A stretch of 54,729 nucleotides of DNA, from positions 1-54,729 of the forward strand of contig CAYOXW010000002.1 in assembly GCA_964408005.1 (NCBI GenBank), in the 5' to 3' direction. The notes under the pieces were generated by a model, which was not told the DNA's origin, searched no databases, and saw only the letters and a program-made list of their open reading frames with translations. Every line of letters begins with the position of its first letter. Within the stretch, counting starts at the first letter, position 1. Origin of the DNA: an uncultured Methylibium sp. (GTDB lineage: Bacteria > Pseudomonadota > Gammaproteobacteria > Burkholderiales > Burkholderiaceae_C). Both the position numbers and the translations under genes were made by a program. Positions 1 to 8,964 of the stretch are shown here, one piece after another.

Positions 1-164
1 GCTGCCTGCAGGGCCTGTCGCGCTACGGCAACGACCTGCAGAACGGCCTGCTCGAGGCCGACTACATCGTCGTCGAGATGGCGCGCAAGATCCTCGGCGA
101 GGACTGGATGCCGCAGTATGTCGAGCGGGCCAACGCCGGCGGGATCGAGCGGGTGCTGGTGTGA
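1..164 (+). CDS. 3' end of an FAD-linked/Fe-S oxidoreductase (DUF3400-type C-terminus), partial
   Basis: Frame 3 reads CLQGLSRYGNDLQNGLLEADYIVVEMARKILGEDWMPQYVERANAGGIERVLV*. This C-terminus resembles the large betaproteobacterial FAD/Fe-S oxidoreductase usually found upstream of HIT-DUF971-ubiE. Stop TGA at 162-164. Confidence 0.65.
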   Translation, partial: CLQGLSRYGNDLQNGLLEADYIVVEMARKILGEDWMPQYVERANAGGIERVLV

Positions 165-255
165 GCCTGGTGAAGCGCGGCTCCGCGCCAGCGGGGATCG
201 AAGCCGAAGCGAACATCGGCCACGAGCGACGGATCGACGTCGGCGGCATTGCGGC

Positions 256-699
256 ATGGCGGAGCGGGCCGGTGTGACGGCGTGCGAGCTGTGCGCGCAT
301 GACGGCGGGGTGCTGCTGCACCGCGCCGCGCTGTGGCGGGTGATCCGGGCCGAGGACGCGTCCTTCCCGGCCTTCTATCGCGTGGTCTGGAACGCCCATG
401 TCGCGGAGTGGACCGATCTGCCGCCGGCGCAGCGCAGCCTGTGCATGCAGGCGGTCGCGAAGGTCGAGACGGTGCTGCGCGAGGCGCTCGCGCCGACCAA
501 GATCAACCTCGCGAGCCTGGGCAATGTCGTCGCGCATCTGCACTGGCACGTGATCGCGCGCTTCGACTGGGACAGCCACTTCCCGCAGCCGGTCTGGGGT
601 GCGGCGCAGCGCGTGGTCGAGCCGCCGGCCGTGGGACGCTTGCCGCTGTCCCTCGAAGCCCTTGACGCGCGCGTGGTCGCCGCGGTCGCGGGGCTCTAA
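256..699 (+). CDS. HIT family hydrolase
   Basis: CxxC (CELC) near the N-terminus and the histidine triad HLHWHV. Start is ATG256 or GTG274; the ORF-track start at 118 overlaps the upstream gene. Confidence 0.9.
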   Translation: MAERAGVTACELCAHDGGVLLHRAALWRVIRAEDASFPAFYRVVWNAHVAEWTDLPPAQRSLCMQAVAKVETVLREALAPTKINLASLGNVVAHLHWHVIARFDWDSHFPQPVWGAAQRVVEPPAVGRLPLSLEALDARVVAAVAGL

Positions 700-732
700 A
701 CTGACGGCGTTGTTCCCTGACCGAGACATGCG

Positions 733-1149
733 ATGGCTGGCCTGACCCCCGACACCCCGATCCCGACCGCGCTGACGGTCCACCAGCAGTCACGCGTGCT
801 CGAGATCGCGTTCTCCGACGGGGCGAGCTTCCGGCTGCCCTTCGAGTTGCTGCGTGTCTACTCGCCCTCGGCCGAGGTCCAGGGCCACGGTCCGGGCCAG
901 GAGACGCTGCAAACCGGCAAGCGCGAGGTCGACATCGTCGCGCTCGAGCCGGTTGGCAACTACGCGGTGCAGCCGCATTTCTCCGACGGCCACAGCAGCG
1001 GCCTGTACGCCTGGGACTACCTGTACCGCCTGGGCGCTCAGCAAGATGCGCTGTGGCGCGCCTATCTCGAGCGCCTTGCCGCGGCCGGACTGGAGCGCGA
1101 TGCGCCCATGCCCGAGGCCGGCGCGGGTGCCTGCGGCCATCATCACTGA
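733..1149 (+). CDS. DUF971 / gamma-butyrobetaine hydroxylase N-terminal-like protein
   Basis: [22 protein letters not shown] and [10 protein letters not shown] motifs typical of the family; conserved position just upstream of ubiE. Confidence 0.9.
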   Translation: MAGLTPDTPIPTALTVHQQSRVLEIAFSDGASFRLPFELLRVYSPSAEVQGHGPGQETLQTGKREVDIVALEPVGNYAVQPHFSDGHSSGLYAWDYLYRLGAQQDALWRAYLERLAAAGLERDAPMPEAGAGACGHHH

Positions 1150-1156
1150 GCGGACG

Positions 1157-1888
1157 ATGGGTCGCACCCATTTCGGCTTCGAGAGCGTCGACGAGGCCGA
1201 CAAGGCTGGCCGTGTGCGCGGCGTGTTCGACTCGGTCGCGTCGAAGTACGACGTGATGAACGACCTGATGTCGATGGGCCTGCATCGCGCCTGGAAGGCC
1301 TATGCCGTCGCGGTGGCCGACGTGCGCGAGGGCCAGCGCGTGCTCGACCTCGCCGGGGGCACCGGCGATCTGGCGCGCGCCTTCGCGCGCCGCGTCGGCA
1401 GCAGCGGCCTGGTGGTGCACACGGACATCAACGAGGCGATGCTGCGCACCGGCCGGGATCGCCTGCTCGACGAGGGTCTGGCGCTGCCGACCGTGATCTG
1501 CGATGCCGAGACCTTGCCCTTCGCATCGGCCAGCTTCGACCTTGTCACGGTGGCCTTCGGGTTGCGTAACATGACCCACAAGGAGCGCGCGCTGGCCGAG
1601 ATGGCGCGCGTGCTCAAGCCGGGCGGGCGGTTGCTGGTGCTGGAGTTCTCGAAGGTCGTCAAGCCGCTCGAGAAGGTCTACGACTGGTATTCGTTCAGCG
1701 TGCTGCCGCGACTGGGCCAATGGGTCGCCGGCGACGGCGCCAGCTACCGCTACCTGGCCGAATCGATCCGCATGCACCCGGGCCAGAGCGAGCTGAAGGC
1801 GATGATGAAAGCGGCCGGCTTCGGCCATGTCGATGTCCACAACCTGAGTGCCGGGGTGGTGGCCCTGCACGTCGGCATCCGCTGCTGA
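1157..1888 (+). CDS. ubiE: Ubiquinone/menaquinone biosynthesis C-methyltransferase UbiE
   Basis: THFGF...[28 protein letters not shown] motif [18 protein letters not shown] and [15 protein letters not shown] at 1157. Confidence 0.97.
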   Translation: MGRTHFGFESVDEADKAGRVRGVFDSVASKYDVMNDLMSMGLHRAWKAYAVAVADVREGQRVLDLAGGTGDLARAFARRVGSSGLVVHTDINEAMLRTGRDRLLDEGLALPTVICDAETLPFASASFDLVTVAFGLRNMTHKERALAEMARVLKPGGRLLVLEFSKVVKPLEKVYDWYSFSVLPRLGQWVAGDGASYRYLAESIRMHPGQSELKAMMKAAGFGHVDVHNLSAGVVALHVGIRC

Positions 1889-2150
1889 CGCTGCCCCGGC
1901 GGCCTCGGCTGGCGCGGCGCGATGCGGCCGTGAATTCTTGCCGTTTCAAGGTTGCCTCGGCGTCGCAACCGCCACGGTAGGGGGGTGTAAACCGAGGGCT
2001 GCGAGCGGGGAACTCCGAGGCCGGCGATTACACTGAAACATGCGTTTGGACACATGTGCCGGGCAATCGCGCCGGCGTGTCGTCATGGGGGCACCAGGGA
2101 TGACGAAGTCGGCAGCGGATCGGATGCATCGAGGCTCGGCCGGCTGGCCC

Positions 2151-3191
2151 ATGAGGCCGGCGGTGCTGACCTGGATCCTCATCGTGGCGGCGCTTGCTGG
2201 TTGTGGTGGCCAAGGTGGTGACAAGCAGCCGTCGCAAGTGGCGGCGAAGGTCAACAAGGAAGAGCTGTCGGTCCACCAGATCAACTTCGTGCTGCAGCAG
2301 ATGCGCGGTATCAAGCCGGAGCAGTCGGCCGCGGCGAGCCGGCAGGTGCTCGAGCGGTTGATCGACCAGGAACTGGCGGTCCAGCGCGCGCAGGAGCTGA
2401 AGGTCGACCGCGAACCTGCGGTCGTGCAGCAGATCGAGGCGGCGCGCCGCGAGATCATCGCGCGCGCCTTCGGCGAGCGCGTGGGCCAGGCGGCGGAGAA
2501 GCCGACCCTCGAGCAGATCAGCGCCTATTACAACGAGCATCCGGCCTTGTTCAAGGAGCGTCGCGTCTACAACTTGCAGGAGTTGCAGATCGACGCGCCG
2601 GCTGCCCAGCACGGCGAACTGCGCAGCCGGCTCGCGGCGGCGAAGGATGTCGCCGAGTTCGTCGAGTACCTGCGCTCCGCGGGCATCCGTTTCCGCGCCG
2701 GCAACGCTGTGCGGCCGGCCGAGCAGCTGCCCATGGCCAGCCTCGACGCCTATGCGCGTCTGAAGCCGGGCGAATCCCTTTTCAACGCGACACCCGCCGG
2801 CGTGCAGGTGGTCGTGATGCTCGACGCCCGCGCCCAGCCGGTGGACGAGGAGAAGGCGCGGCCGGCGATCGAGCAGTTTCTGTTGACCGAGCGGCGCCGC
2901 AAGCTGCTCGACGATGAGATGCGCAAGTTGCGTGACGCGGCCAAGATCGAATACGTGGGCACGTTCGCGGAATCGGCCGCCTCGGCGGCGTCGAAAGCCG
3001 CGGAGGCGGCGTCGGTGGCTGCGGCCGCCACCGCGGCGGCGGCATCGGCCGCCCAGCCGCTGCCGCGTGCCGAGCCAGCGCCGCTGCCACCGCCGGTGGC
3101 GCGGCCCGCACCGGTGCCTGAGCGCCCGGTGCCGGCGGCCAGCGCACTCGATGTCGATGCGATCAACAGCGGCATGGGGCTGAAACGATGA
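2151..3191 (+). CDS. epsD: EpsD family peptidyl-prolyl isomerase-like lipoprotein (exosortase B system)
   Basis: Lipobox LAGC after a hydrophobic signal from ATG2151; SQVAAKVNKEELSVHQIN and VLERLIDQEL are typical of EpsD; Ala/Pro-rich tail. Confidence 0.85.
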   Translation: MRPAVLTWILIVAALAGCGGQGGDKQPSQVAAKVNKEELSVHQINFVLQQMRGIKPEQSAAASRQVLERLIDQELAVQRAQELKVDREPAVVQQIEAARREIIARAFGERVGQAAEKPTLEQISAYYNEHPALFKERRVYNLQELQIDAPAAQHGELRSRLAAAKDVAEFVEYLRSAGIRFRAGNAVRPAEQLPMASLDAYARLKPGESLFNATPAGVQVVVMLDARAQPVDEEKARPAIEQFLLTERRRKLLDDEMRKLRDAAKIEYVGTFAESAASAASKAAEAASVAAAATAAAASAAQPLPRAEPAPLPPPVARPAPVPERPVPAASALDVDAINSGMGLKR

Positions 3192-4036
3192 AACTGTTCC
3201 TGACCTCCCTGAGCCGCCGCTACCTTGCCGGCGTGCTGGCTGCCCTGTCTTTCGGGGTCGCCGCCCAGCCCGCGCCGGCCGATGGTGCGGCGCGCACGAC
3301 CGCCGCGGCGGCCGAATACCGCCTTGCCGCGGGCGACCAGATTCGCATCACGGTGTTCCAGAACCCCGACCTCAGCGTCGAGACGCGGCTGACCGAGACG
3401 GGCACGATCACGTTCCCGCTGATCGGCACGGTCAACCTGCGCGGGCTCACGACCAGCCAGGCCGAGCGCCGCATCGCCGACGCCTTGCGCGATGGCAACT
3501 ATGTCAAGCAGCCGCAAGTGTCCCTGCAGGTGTCCCAGGTGCGTGGCAACCAGGTGTCGGTGCTCGGTCAGGTCGGCCGACCCGGCCGCTATCCGATCGA
3601 GACCGGCGAACTGCGGCTCACCGACCTGCTCGCGACGGCTGGAGGCATCTCGCCCGGTGGGGCCGACATCGTCACCGTCGTGGGCACGCGTAGCGGCAAG
3701 CCCTTCCGGGCCGAGGTGGATCTGCCGCGGGTGTTCGGGCCCGATCGCCGCAACGAGGACGTGTTGCTGCAGAACGAGGATGTCGTCTGGGTCGACCGGG
3801 CGCCGACGATCTTCATCTATGGTGAAGTCCAGCGGCCCGGTGCGCAACGGCTCGAGCGGGGCCTGACGGTGCTCCAGACCCTGGCCACGGCTGGCGGCTT
3901 GTCGGCGCGCGGGACGGAAAAGGGCATCCGCCTGCATCGCCGCGGACCGGACGGCAAGGTTCAGGTGATCCAGCCCGGGATGGACGATCCGATGCGCGAT
4001 GGCGACGTGCTGTACGTGCGCGAAAGCCTGTTCTGA
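3188..4036 (+). CDS. epsE: Polysaccharide export protein EpsE (Wza/OPX family)
   Basis: Poly_export motif YRLAAGDQIRITVF...GTITFPLIG, two SLBB repeats, C-terminal DVLYVRESLF; ATGA overlap with epsD. Confidence 0.9.
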   Translation: MKLFLTSLSRRYLAGVLAALSFGVAAQPAPADGAARTTAAAAEYRLAAGDQIRITVFQNPDLSVETRLTETGTITFPLIGTVNLRGLTTSQAERRIADALRDGNYVKQPQVSLQVSQVRGNQVSVLGQVGRPGRYPIETGELRLTDLLATAGGISPGGADIVTVVGTRSGKPFRAEVDLPRVFGPDRRNEDVLLQNEDVVWVDRAPTIFIYGEVQRPGAQRLERGLTVLQTLATAGGLSARGTEKGIRLHRRGPDGKVQVIQPGMDDPMRDGDVLYVRESLF

Positions 4037-4058
4037 GCCCTGAGCCGAGGAGGATTTG

Positions 4059-5468
4059 ATGTCGATCGGTCAGTACCTGAGGATGCTGTGGGCGCGGCGC
4101 TGGGTGTTCCTGCTGGTGCTGCTCGTGGTGGGCGGGGCCGGGGTCGGCTACCAGTTGACCCAGCCCAAGGAGTACGTGGCCGATGTATCGCTGATCGTCG
4201 AGGCTCGCCCTGACCCGATCCTCGGGCAGATGGCGCCTTCGATGGTGCAGCCGGCCTTCATGGCGACGCAGGTCGAGATGATTCGCAGCGATCGGGTCGC
4301 CAGTCGTGTCGTCAAGGCGCTCGGCGTCGACAAATCCGAGAGCGCCGTCAAGGAGTGGTTGGAGGACACCGGCGGCAAGGTGCCGATCGAACACCATTAC
4401 GGTTCGATGCTGCTGCAGGGATTGGCGGTCGAAGCGGGACGCGGCACCAATTTCATCAATGTCACCTACGTGGCGCCGGACCCGCGCTTTGCCGCAGCGG
4501 CGGCGAATGCCTTTGCGCAAGCCTATCTGGACGTGGCCATCGACCTGCGCGTCGAGCCGGCCCGTCAGTACGCGGCTTGGTTCGAAGAGCAGTCCAAGGT
4601 ACTGAGGGCCGACCTGGAGGTGGCGCAGTCCCGGCTGTCGAAGTACCAGCAGGAGAAGGGCATCACCGATGAACGGCTCGAGCAGGAGACCGCGCGGCTG
4701 ACCATGCTGATGACGCAGGTGGCGTCGGCGCAGGCCGATCAGGCCGATGCGGCCAGCCGCGAGCGGTCGACGGGCGGCGAGGCCTCCCCCGACGTGCAGC
4801 AGAGCCCGGCGGTACAGGGGCTGAAGTCCCAGTTGGCGACCACGCAGACGCGCCTGACCGAAATCAGCAACATCGTTGGCAGCAACCACCCGCAGCGGCT
4901 GGCGCTCGAGTCGCAGATCGCGGAACTGAAGCGCCAGATCGCCGCCGAGATGCAGCGCGTCTCAGGCAGCACGGTGGCTGTTTCGAGGGCGAGTGCGCGC
5001 AAGCTTGGCGAGCTGCAGGCGCTGGTCGAGCAACAGAAGGCGAGGGTGCTGACATTGCGCAGCGCGCGTGACGACATTCAGGTGCTGGTGCGCGACGTCG
5101 AGAGCGCGCAGCGCGCCTATGACAATGCGCGTGCACGCCTCAGTCAGATGAGCCTGGAAAGCCAGACGAACCAGACCAACGTCCGCGTGATGAGCCCCGC
5201 GGTCGAGCCGGCGGAGCCTTCACTGGTCAAGGCGCTGAAGCGGCTTGGTATCGCGGTCTTCGGTGGCTTGTTCGCGGCGCTGGCAGTTGCGCTGGGGCTG
5301 GAGTTCATCGACCGTCGTGTGCGTGCGCCTGAGGATCTGATGGCGATCGAGGGGGTGCCGGTGCTCGGCGTGGTCGGTCTTCCCGGTTCCAAGCAGCCGG
5401 TGTTCCGAAAATTGTCCTATGGGGTGGCCACGGCGCGGCCGGCCTTGCCCCCTGCCGGAGCGCACTGA
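4059..5468 (+). CDS. epsF: Chain length determinant EpsF (polysaccharide co-polymerase, Wzz/Wzc N-part)
   Basis: Two TM segments flanking a coiled-coil periplasmic region, MATQVEMIRS, GSNHPQ, DRRVRAPED; strong RBS GAGGAGG before ATG4059. Confidence 0.88.
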   Translation: MSIGQYLRMLWARRWVFLLVLLVVGGAGVGYQLTQPKEYVADVSLIVEARPDPILGQMAPSMVQPAFMATQVEMIRSDRVASRVVKALGVDKSESAVKEWLEDTGGKVPIEHHYGSMLLQGLAVEAGRGTNFINVTYVAPDPRFAAAAANAFAQAYLDVAIDLRVEPARQYAAWFEEQSKVLRADLEVAQSRLSKYQQEKGITDERLEQETARLTMLMTQVASAQADQADAASRERSTGGEASPDVQQSPAVQGLKSQLATTQTRLTEISNIVGSNHPQRLALESQIAELKRQIAAEMQRVSGSTVAVSRASARKLGELQALVEQQKARVLTLRSARDDIQVLVRDVESAQRAYDNARARLSQMSLESQTNQTNVRVMSPAVEPAEPSLVKALKRLGIAVFGGLFAALAVALGLEFIDRRVRAPEDLMAIEGVPVLGVVGLPGSKQPVFRKLSYGVATARPALPPAGAH

Positions 5469-6370
5469 TGAGAATGAGCGTTGCGACGGTTCCGACCCTT
5501 CCCCGGGCGAACCGTACGATCGGAGCGATCCTGGTCGATGCTGGCCTGTTGACCGTCGACAACGCCGAAGCCATCCTGCGGCTGCAGCGCCAGAACAATT
5601 TGCGGTTCGGCGAGGCCGGCATCCGGCTGGGCTTGCTCACCGAGGCGGACGTGCAGTACGCGCTGGCGCGCCAGTTCGACTTCGCGTACCTGCGGCTGAA
5701 CGACCGGGCGCGCACGGTCAGCGAGGAGGTGATCGCTGCGTACCAGCCTTTCAGTGTCTGCGTCGATCGCTTGCGGGCGGTGCGCAGTCAGCTGGTACTG
5801 CGTTGGTTCGACAAGCTTGAGGGACGACAGGTCCTGGCGGTCGTGGGCACACAGCGCGGGGAAGGGCGCAGTTACATCGCGGCCAATCTGGCGGTGGTGT
5901 TCGCGCAGCTCGGCGAACGCACGCTGTTGATCGACGCTGATATGCGCATGCCGCGTCAGCACGAGCTCTTCATGCTCGACAACCGGGTCGGTTTGTCGAC
6001 GCTGCTGGCGCAGCGCTCGCGAGAGGAGGCGATCATCCGTGTGGCCGATCTCGGCGGCCTGTCGGTGTTGCCGGCGGGGCCGGTGCCACCGAATGCGCTG
6101 GAACTGCTGAACCGGCCGAGCTTCGGCGAGTTGCTGGCGTACGCGAAGAATTCGTACGATGTCGTCATCATCGATACGCCTGCGCTCAGTGCCTCGGAAG
6201 ATGCCCTGCAGATTGCGATGGGCTGCGGGGCCGCGTTGATGGTGGCGCGCAATGGCCAAACCCGCGTCCATGCCTTCAACGATATGGTGGCCGGGCTGTC
6301 CGATGCCGGCGTGGCCGTGGTCGGATCGGTGCTGAACGACATCCCGACGGGGTGGAAGCGCGCGAAGTGA
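5468..6370 (+). CDS. epsG: Chain length determinant tyrosine kinase-like protein EpsG
   Basis: N-terminal IGAILVDAG...RFGEAG domain, P-loop-like GEGRS, Walker A' LLIDAD, Walker B VIIDTP. Confidence 0.88.
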   Translation: MRMSVATVPTLPRANRTIGAILVDAGLLTVDNAEAILRLQRQNNLRFGEAGIRLGLLTEADVQYALARQFDFAYLRLNDRARTVSEEVIAAYQPFSVCVDRLRAVRSQLVLRWFDKLEGRQVLAVVGTQRGEGRSYIAANLAVVFAQLGERTLLIDADMRMPRQHELFMLDNRVGLSTLLAQRSREEAIIRVADLGGLSVLPAGPVPPNALELLNRPSFGELLAYAKNSYDVVIIDTPALSASEDALQIAMGCGAALMVARNGQTRVHAFNDMVAGLSDAGVAVVGSVLNDIPTGWKRAK

Positions 6371-7266
6371 AGCCGCCGGCGCTCGGTATGGCGCAGCCGT
6401 CACCGGCATCATGGTGGGGGTTTGCGCCGGTCTGCGTGGGCATCGGGCTGCTGGCGCTGTACCTGCCCGTGTATGCGACGGCAGCGACGACGATCTGGGA
6501 CACCGAGCAGAACGCACATGCCCCCCTTGTGCTGGCCGTGGCCGTGTGGTTGTTCTGGGGCCTGCGCGAGCCACTCGCGGCGGTGACGGCCACGCCGTCG
6601 CGCGCATGGGGCTGGGGGCTGTTCATCGCCGGGCTGCTGGCCTATGTGGCCGGCCGGCTGCTGGGTATCGCGGTGTTCACCTTCGGCTCGCAGATCGGTG
6701 TCATCGCGGGACTGCTGCTCTTGCTCAAGGGTCCCCAGGCTCTGCGTGTAGCGTGGTTCCCGTTGTTTTACCTCGTGTTCATGGTCCCGCTGCCCGGCAC
6801 CCTCGTCGACGCGGCGACGGCGCCTCTGAAACAGTGGGTGTCAGTCCTCGTAGAAGAGATCCTGTTCCTGGCGGGCTACCCTATCGCGCGCAGCGGCGTG
6901 GTGATCACGATCGGGCAGTACCAGATGCTCGTCGCAGACGCTTGTTCCGGGCTGCACTCGATGTTCAGCCTGGCGGCGCTCGGTACGCTGTTCATGTACC
7001 TGATGCGTCGCGACAGTCTGTCGCACAACGCGCTCATGCTCGCGGCGATCGCGCCCATTGCCTTCGCTGCCAATATCGTGCGCGTCATCATTCTCGTGCT
7101 CGTGACCTACCACTTCGGTGACGAAGCCGGGCAGGGTTTCCTCCACGGAACGGCTGGCATCGTCCTGATGCTCGTCGCGCTGGGCGGCTTCTTCGCACTC
7201 GACGGTACGCTGTGGTCCTTGCATCTGCGATGGCGCCGCGCTCGCGGCGCCGCCGCTGCGGCGTGA
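6367..7266 (+). CDS. xrtB: Exosortase B (EpsH)
   Basis: Multi-TM protein with the exosortase catalytic triad: Cys in VADACSGL, Arg in ANIVRV, His in GFLHG. GTGA overlap with epsG; alternative start ATG6388. Confidence 0.92.
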   Translation: MKPPALGMAQPSPASWWGFAPVCVGIGLLALYLPVYATAATTIWDTEQNAHAPLVLAVAVWLFWGLREPLAAVTATPSRAWGWGLFIAGLLAYVAGRLLGIAVFTFGSQIGVIAGLLLLLKGPQALRVAWFPLFYLVFMVPLPGTLVDAATAPLKQWVSVLVEEILFLAGYPIARSGVVITIGQYQMLVADACSGLHSMFSLAALGTLFMYLMRRDSLSHNALMLAAIAPIAFAANIVRVIILVLVTYHFGDEAGQGFLHGTAGIVLMLVALGGFFALDGTLWSLHLRWRRARGAAAAA

Positions 7267-7334
7267 CCGGGATGGGCCCGCGGCGCAAGGCCGGTGAGCG
7301 ACCGAGCGCATAGATCTCTGGCAGGAGCAGCGAC

Positions 7335-8951
7335 TTGGCAGAGCATCTTCGTGCGCTTCCGGTGATCCTCGTCTTCGCGAGCGTGATCTTCGCGCTCGCT
7401 CGCGCGCCCCTCACGACCCAAGCGTGTACGCCCGAGGACTACAGGCGGCGCTGCAAGCTGTGGTTCGCCCTGACGCTGGCGGCCTTCCTGTCGCACAACT
7501 TCTGGCTGTTCATCGTGGTCGTCGGGTTCGCACTGGTGCTGAACCTGAAGAGCGAGCCGAACCGCTTCGGGCTCTACTTCTCCCTGATCCTGGTCCTGCC
7601 GCCGATTTCGGCTTCGTTGCCGGGACTCGGGTTCTTCAACGAGCTGTTCGCAATCAACTTCCAGCGTCTGCTGGCGCTGTGCCTGCTGCTGCCGACCTTC
7701 ATTGCGCTGTGCAAGGACCGTAGCGTCGAGCCGCCGGGGCGGCTCTGGTGCGACAAGCTGCTGCTGGGGTATCTCGGCCTCGAAGTGCTGCTGACGCTGC
7801 CGCACCGCACCGCCACTTCGGTGCTGCGCGACAGCGTCTTCTACGCATTCACCGACGTGTGGCTGCCCTATTACGTCGCGAGCCGCGCCGTGAGGTCGCT
7901 GCCGGTCTTCCGTGACACGATTGCCGCGTTCGTCGTCAGCACAATGGTGCTGGGGCTCATTCTCGCGTTCGAGTTCGCGCGCCTGCGGCTGCTGTACTCG
8001 GCCCTGGCGCCGGCGCTGGGCGTGTTCGACTACGGATGGTCGACCTACTTGGGCCGTGCCGAAGGCATGCGTGGGCAGGGCAGCATCGGCCATCCGATCG
8101 CCGCGGGCTACACCTGTGCCGTTGCGCTCGGGCTGTATCTGTATCTGCGCACGCGCGTTCCTCCTGGCTGGAAGCGTCATCTTGGCGCCCTGGTGCTGGT
8201 CGGCGGGCTTGCCGGGGCTCTATCCCGGGCTCCCTGGGTTGGGGCGGCGATGATCCTGGTGCTCTTCGTGCTGCTCGGGCCGGCGCCGGGGCGGGGTTTG
8301 GTCCGCATCGGGGGGGCGATCCTCGCGCTCGTGCCGTTGCTGATCGCCACCCCGCAAGGACGCAAGGTGATCGACTTACTGCCCTGGATCGGTACGGTCG
8401 AGGCGCACAACGTTGAAGGGCGTGAACGGTTGGGGCAGGTGGCGTTTCGGGTGTTCCTAGAGACGCCGGTTTTTGGACGTTTCGACGTGCTCTCACACCC
8501 GGACATGGAGTCGCTGCGTGGCGGCCACGGCATCATTGATTTGGTAAACACTTATGTCGTCGTCGCGCTGAGAGGGGGCGGTGTGTCGTTAGCGCTGTTT
8601 GTCGGCTTCTTCCTCGTCGCGCTGACCGGTTTGTTCAAGAACCTGCGGCGGGTTCCCGACCATGCCGACGAGCGGCGCGTGCTCGGGCGTGCCTTGCTGG
8701 CGACGCTGATCGGCGTTCTGTTCATGATCGGCACCGTAAGTCCGGTGCTGAATATCCCCACGCTGTATTGGTGCCTCGGCGGGCTCGCCGTCGGGTATGC
8801 GCACATGGGGATGCAGCGAGTGGCCGCAGCCACTGTGCCGCGGTCACCTGCTGGGGGTGTGCACTTTCGTGCGGCCGCGGCGCGTGGTGCCGCAGCCAGC
8901 AGGGCGCGTGCAGAGGCCCTGTCGCAGCGTCCCGAGAGCCGCAGGGCTTGA
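7335..8951 (+). CDS. O-antigen ligase/Wzy-like polymerase family membrane protein
   Basis: About 12 hydrophobic segments, RGQGSIGHPIAAG, LSRAPW and a periplasmic loop ending DLVNTY; TTG start after AGGAG. Confidence 0.75.
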   Translation: MAEHLRALPVILVFASVIFALARAPLTTQACTPEDYRRRCKLWFALTLAAFLSHNFWLFIVVVGFALVLNLKSEPNRFGLYFSLILVLPPISASLPGLGFFNELFAINFQRLLALCLLLPTFIALCKDRSVEPPGRLWCDKLLLGYLGLEVLLTLPHRTATSVLRDSVFYAFTDVWLPYYVASRAVRSLPVFRDTIAAFVVSTMVLGLILAFEFARLRLLYSALAPALGVFDYGWSTYLGRAEGMRGQGSIGHPIAAGYTCAVALGLYLYLRTRVPPGWKRHLGALVLVGGLAGALSRAPWVGAAMILVLFVLLGPAPGRGLVRIGGAILALVPLLIATPQGRKVIDLLPWIGTVEAHNVEGRERLGQVAFRVFLETPVFGRFDVLSHPDMESLRGGHGIIDLVNTYVVVALRGGGVSLALFVGFFLVALTGLFKNLRRVPDHADERRVLGRALLATLIGVLFMIGTVSPVLNIPTLYWCLGGLAVGYAHMGMQRVAAATVPRSPAGGVHFRAAAARGAAASRARAEALSQRPESRRA

Positions 8952-8964
8952 GTCGATCGACTTC

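Noticed and set aside
3095..3135. PVPERP in EpsD as a PEP-CTERM signal
   Set aside because: It is not followed by a TM helix and basic tail; it is part of a Pro-rich linker.
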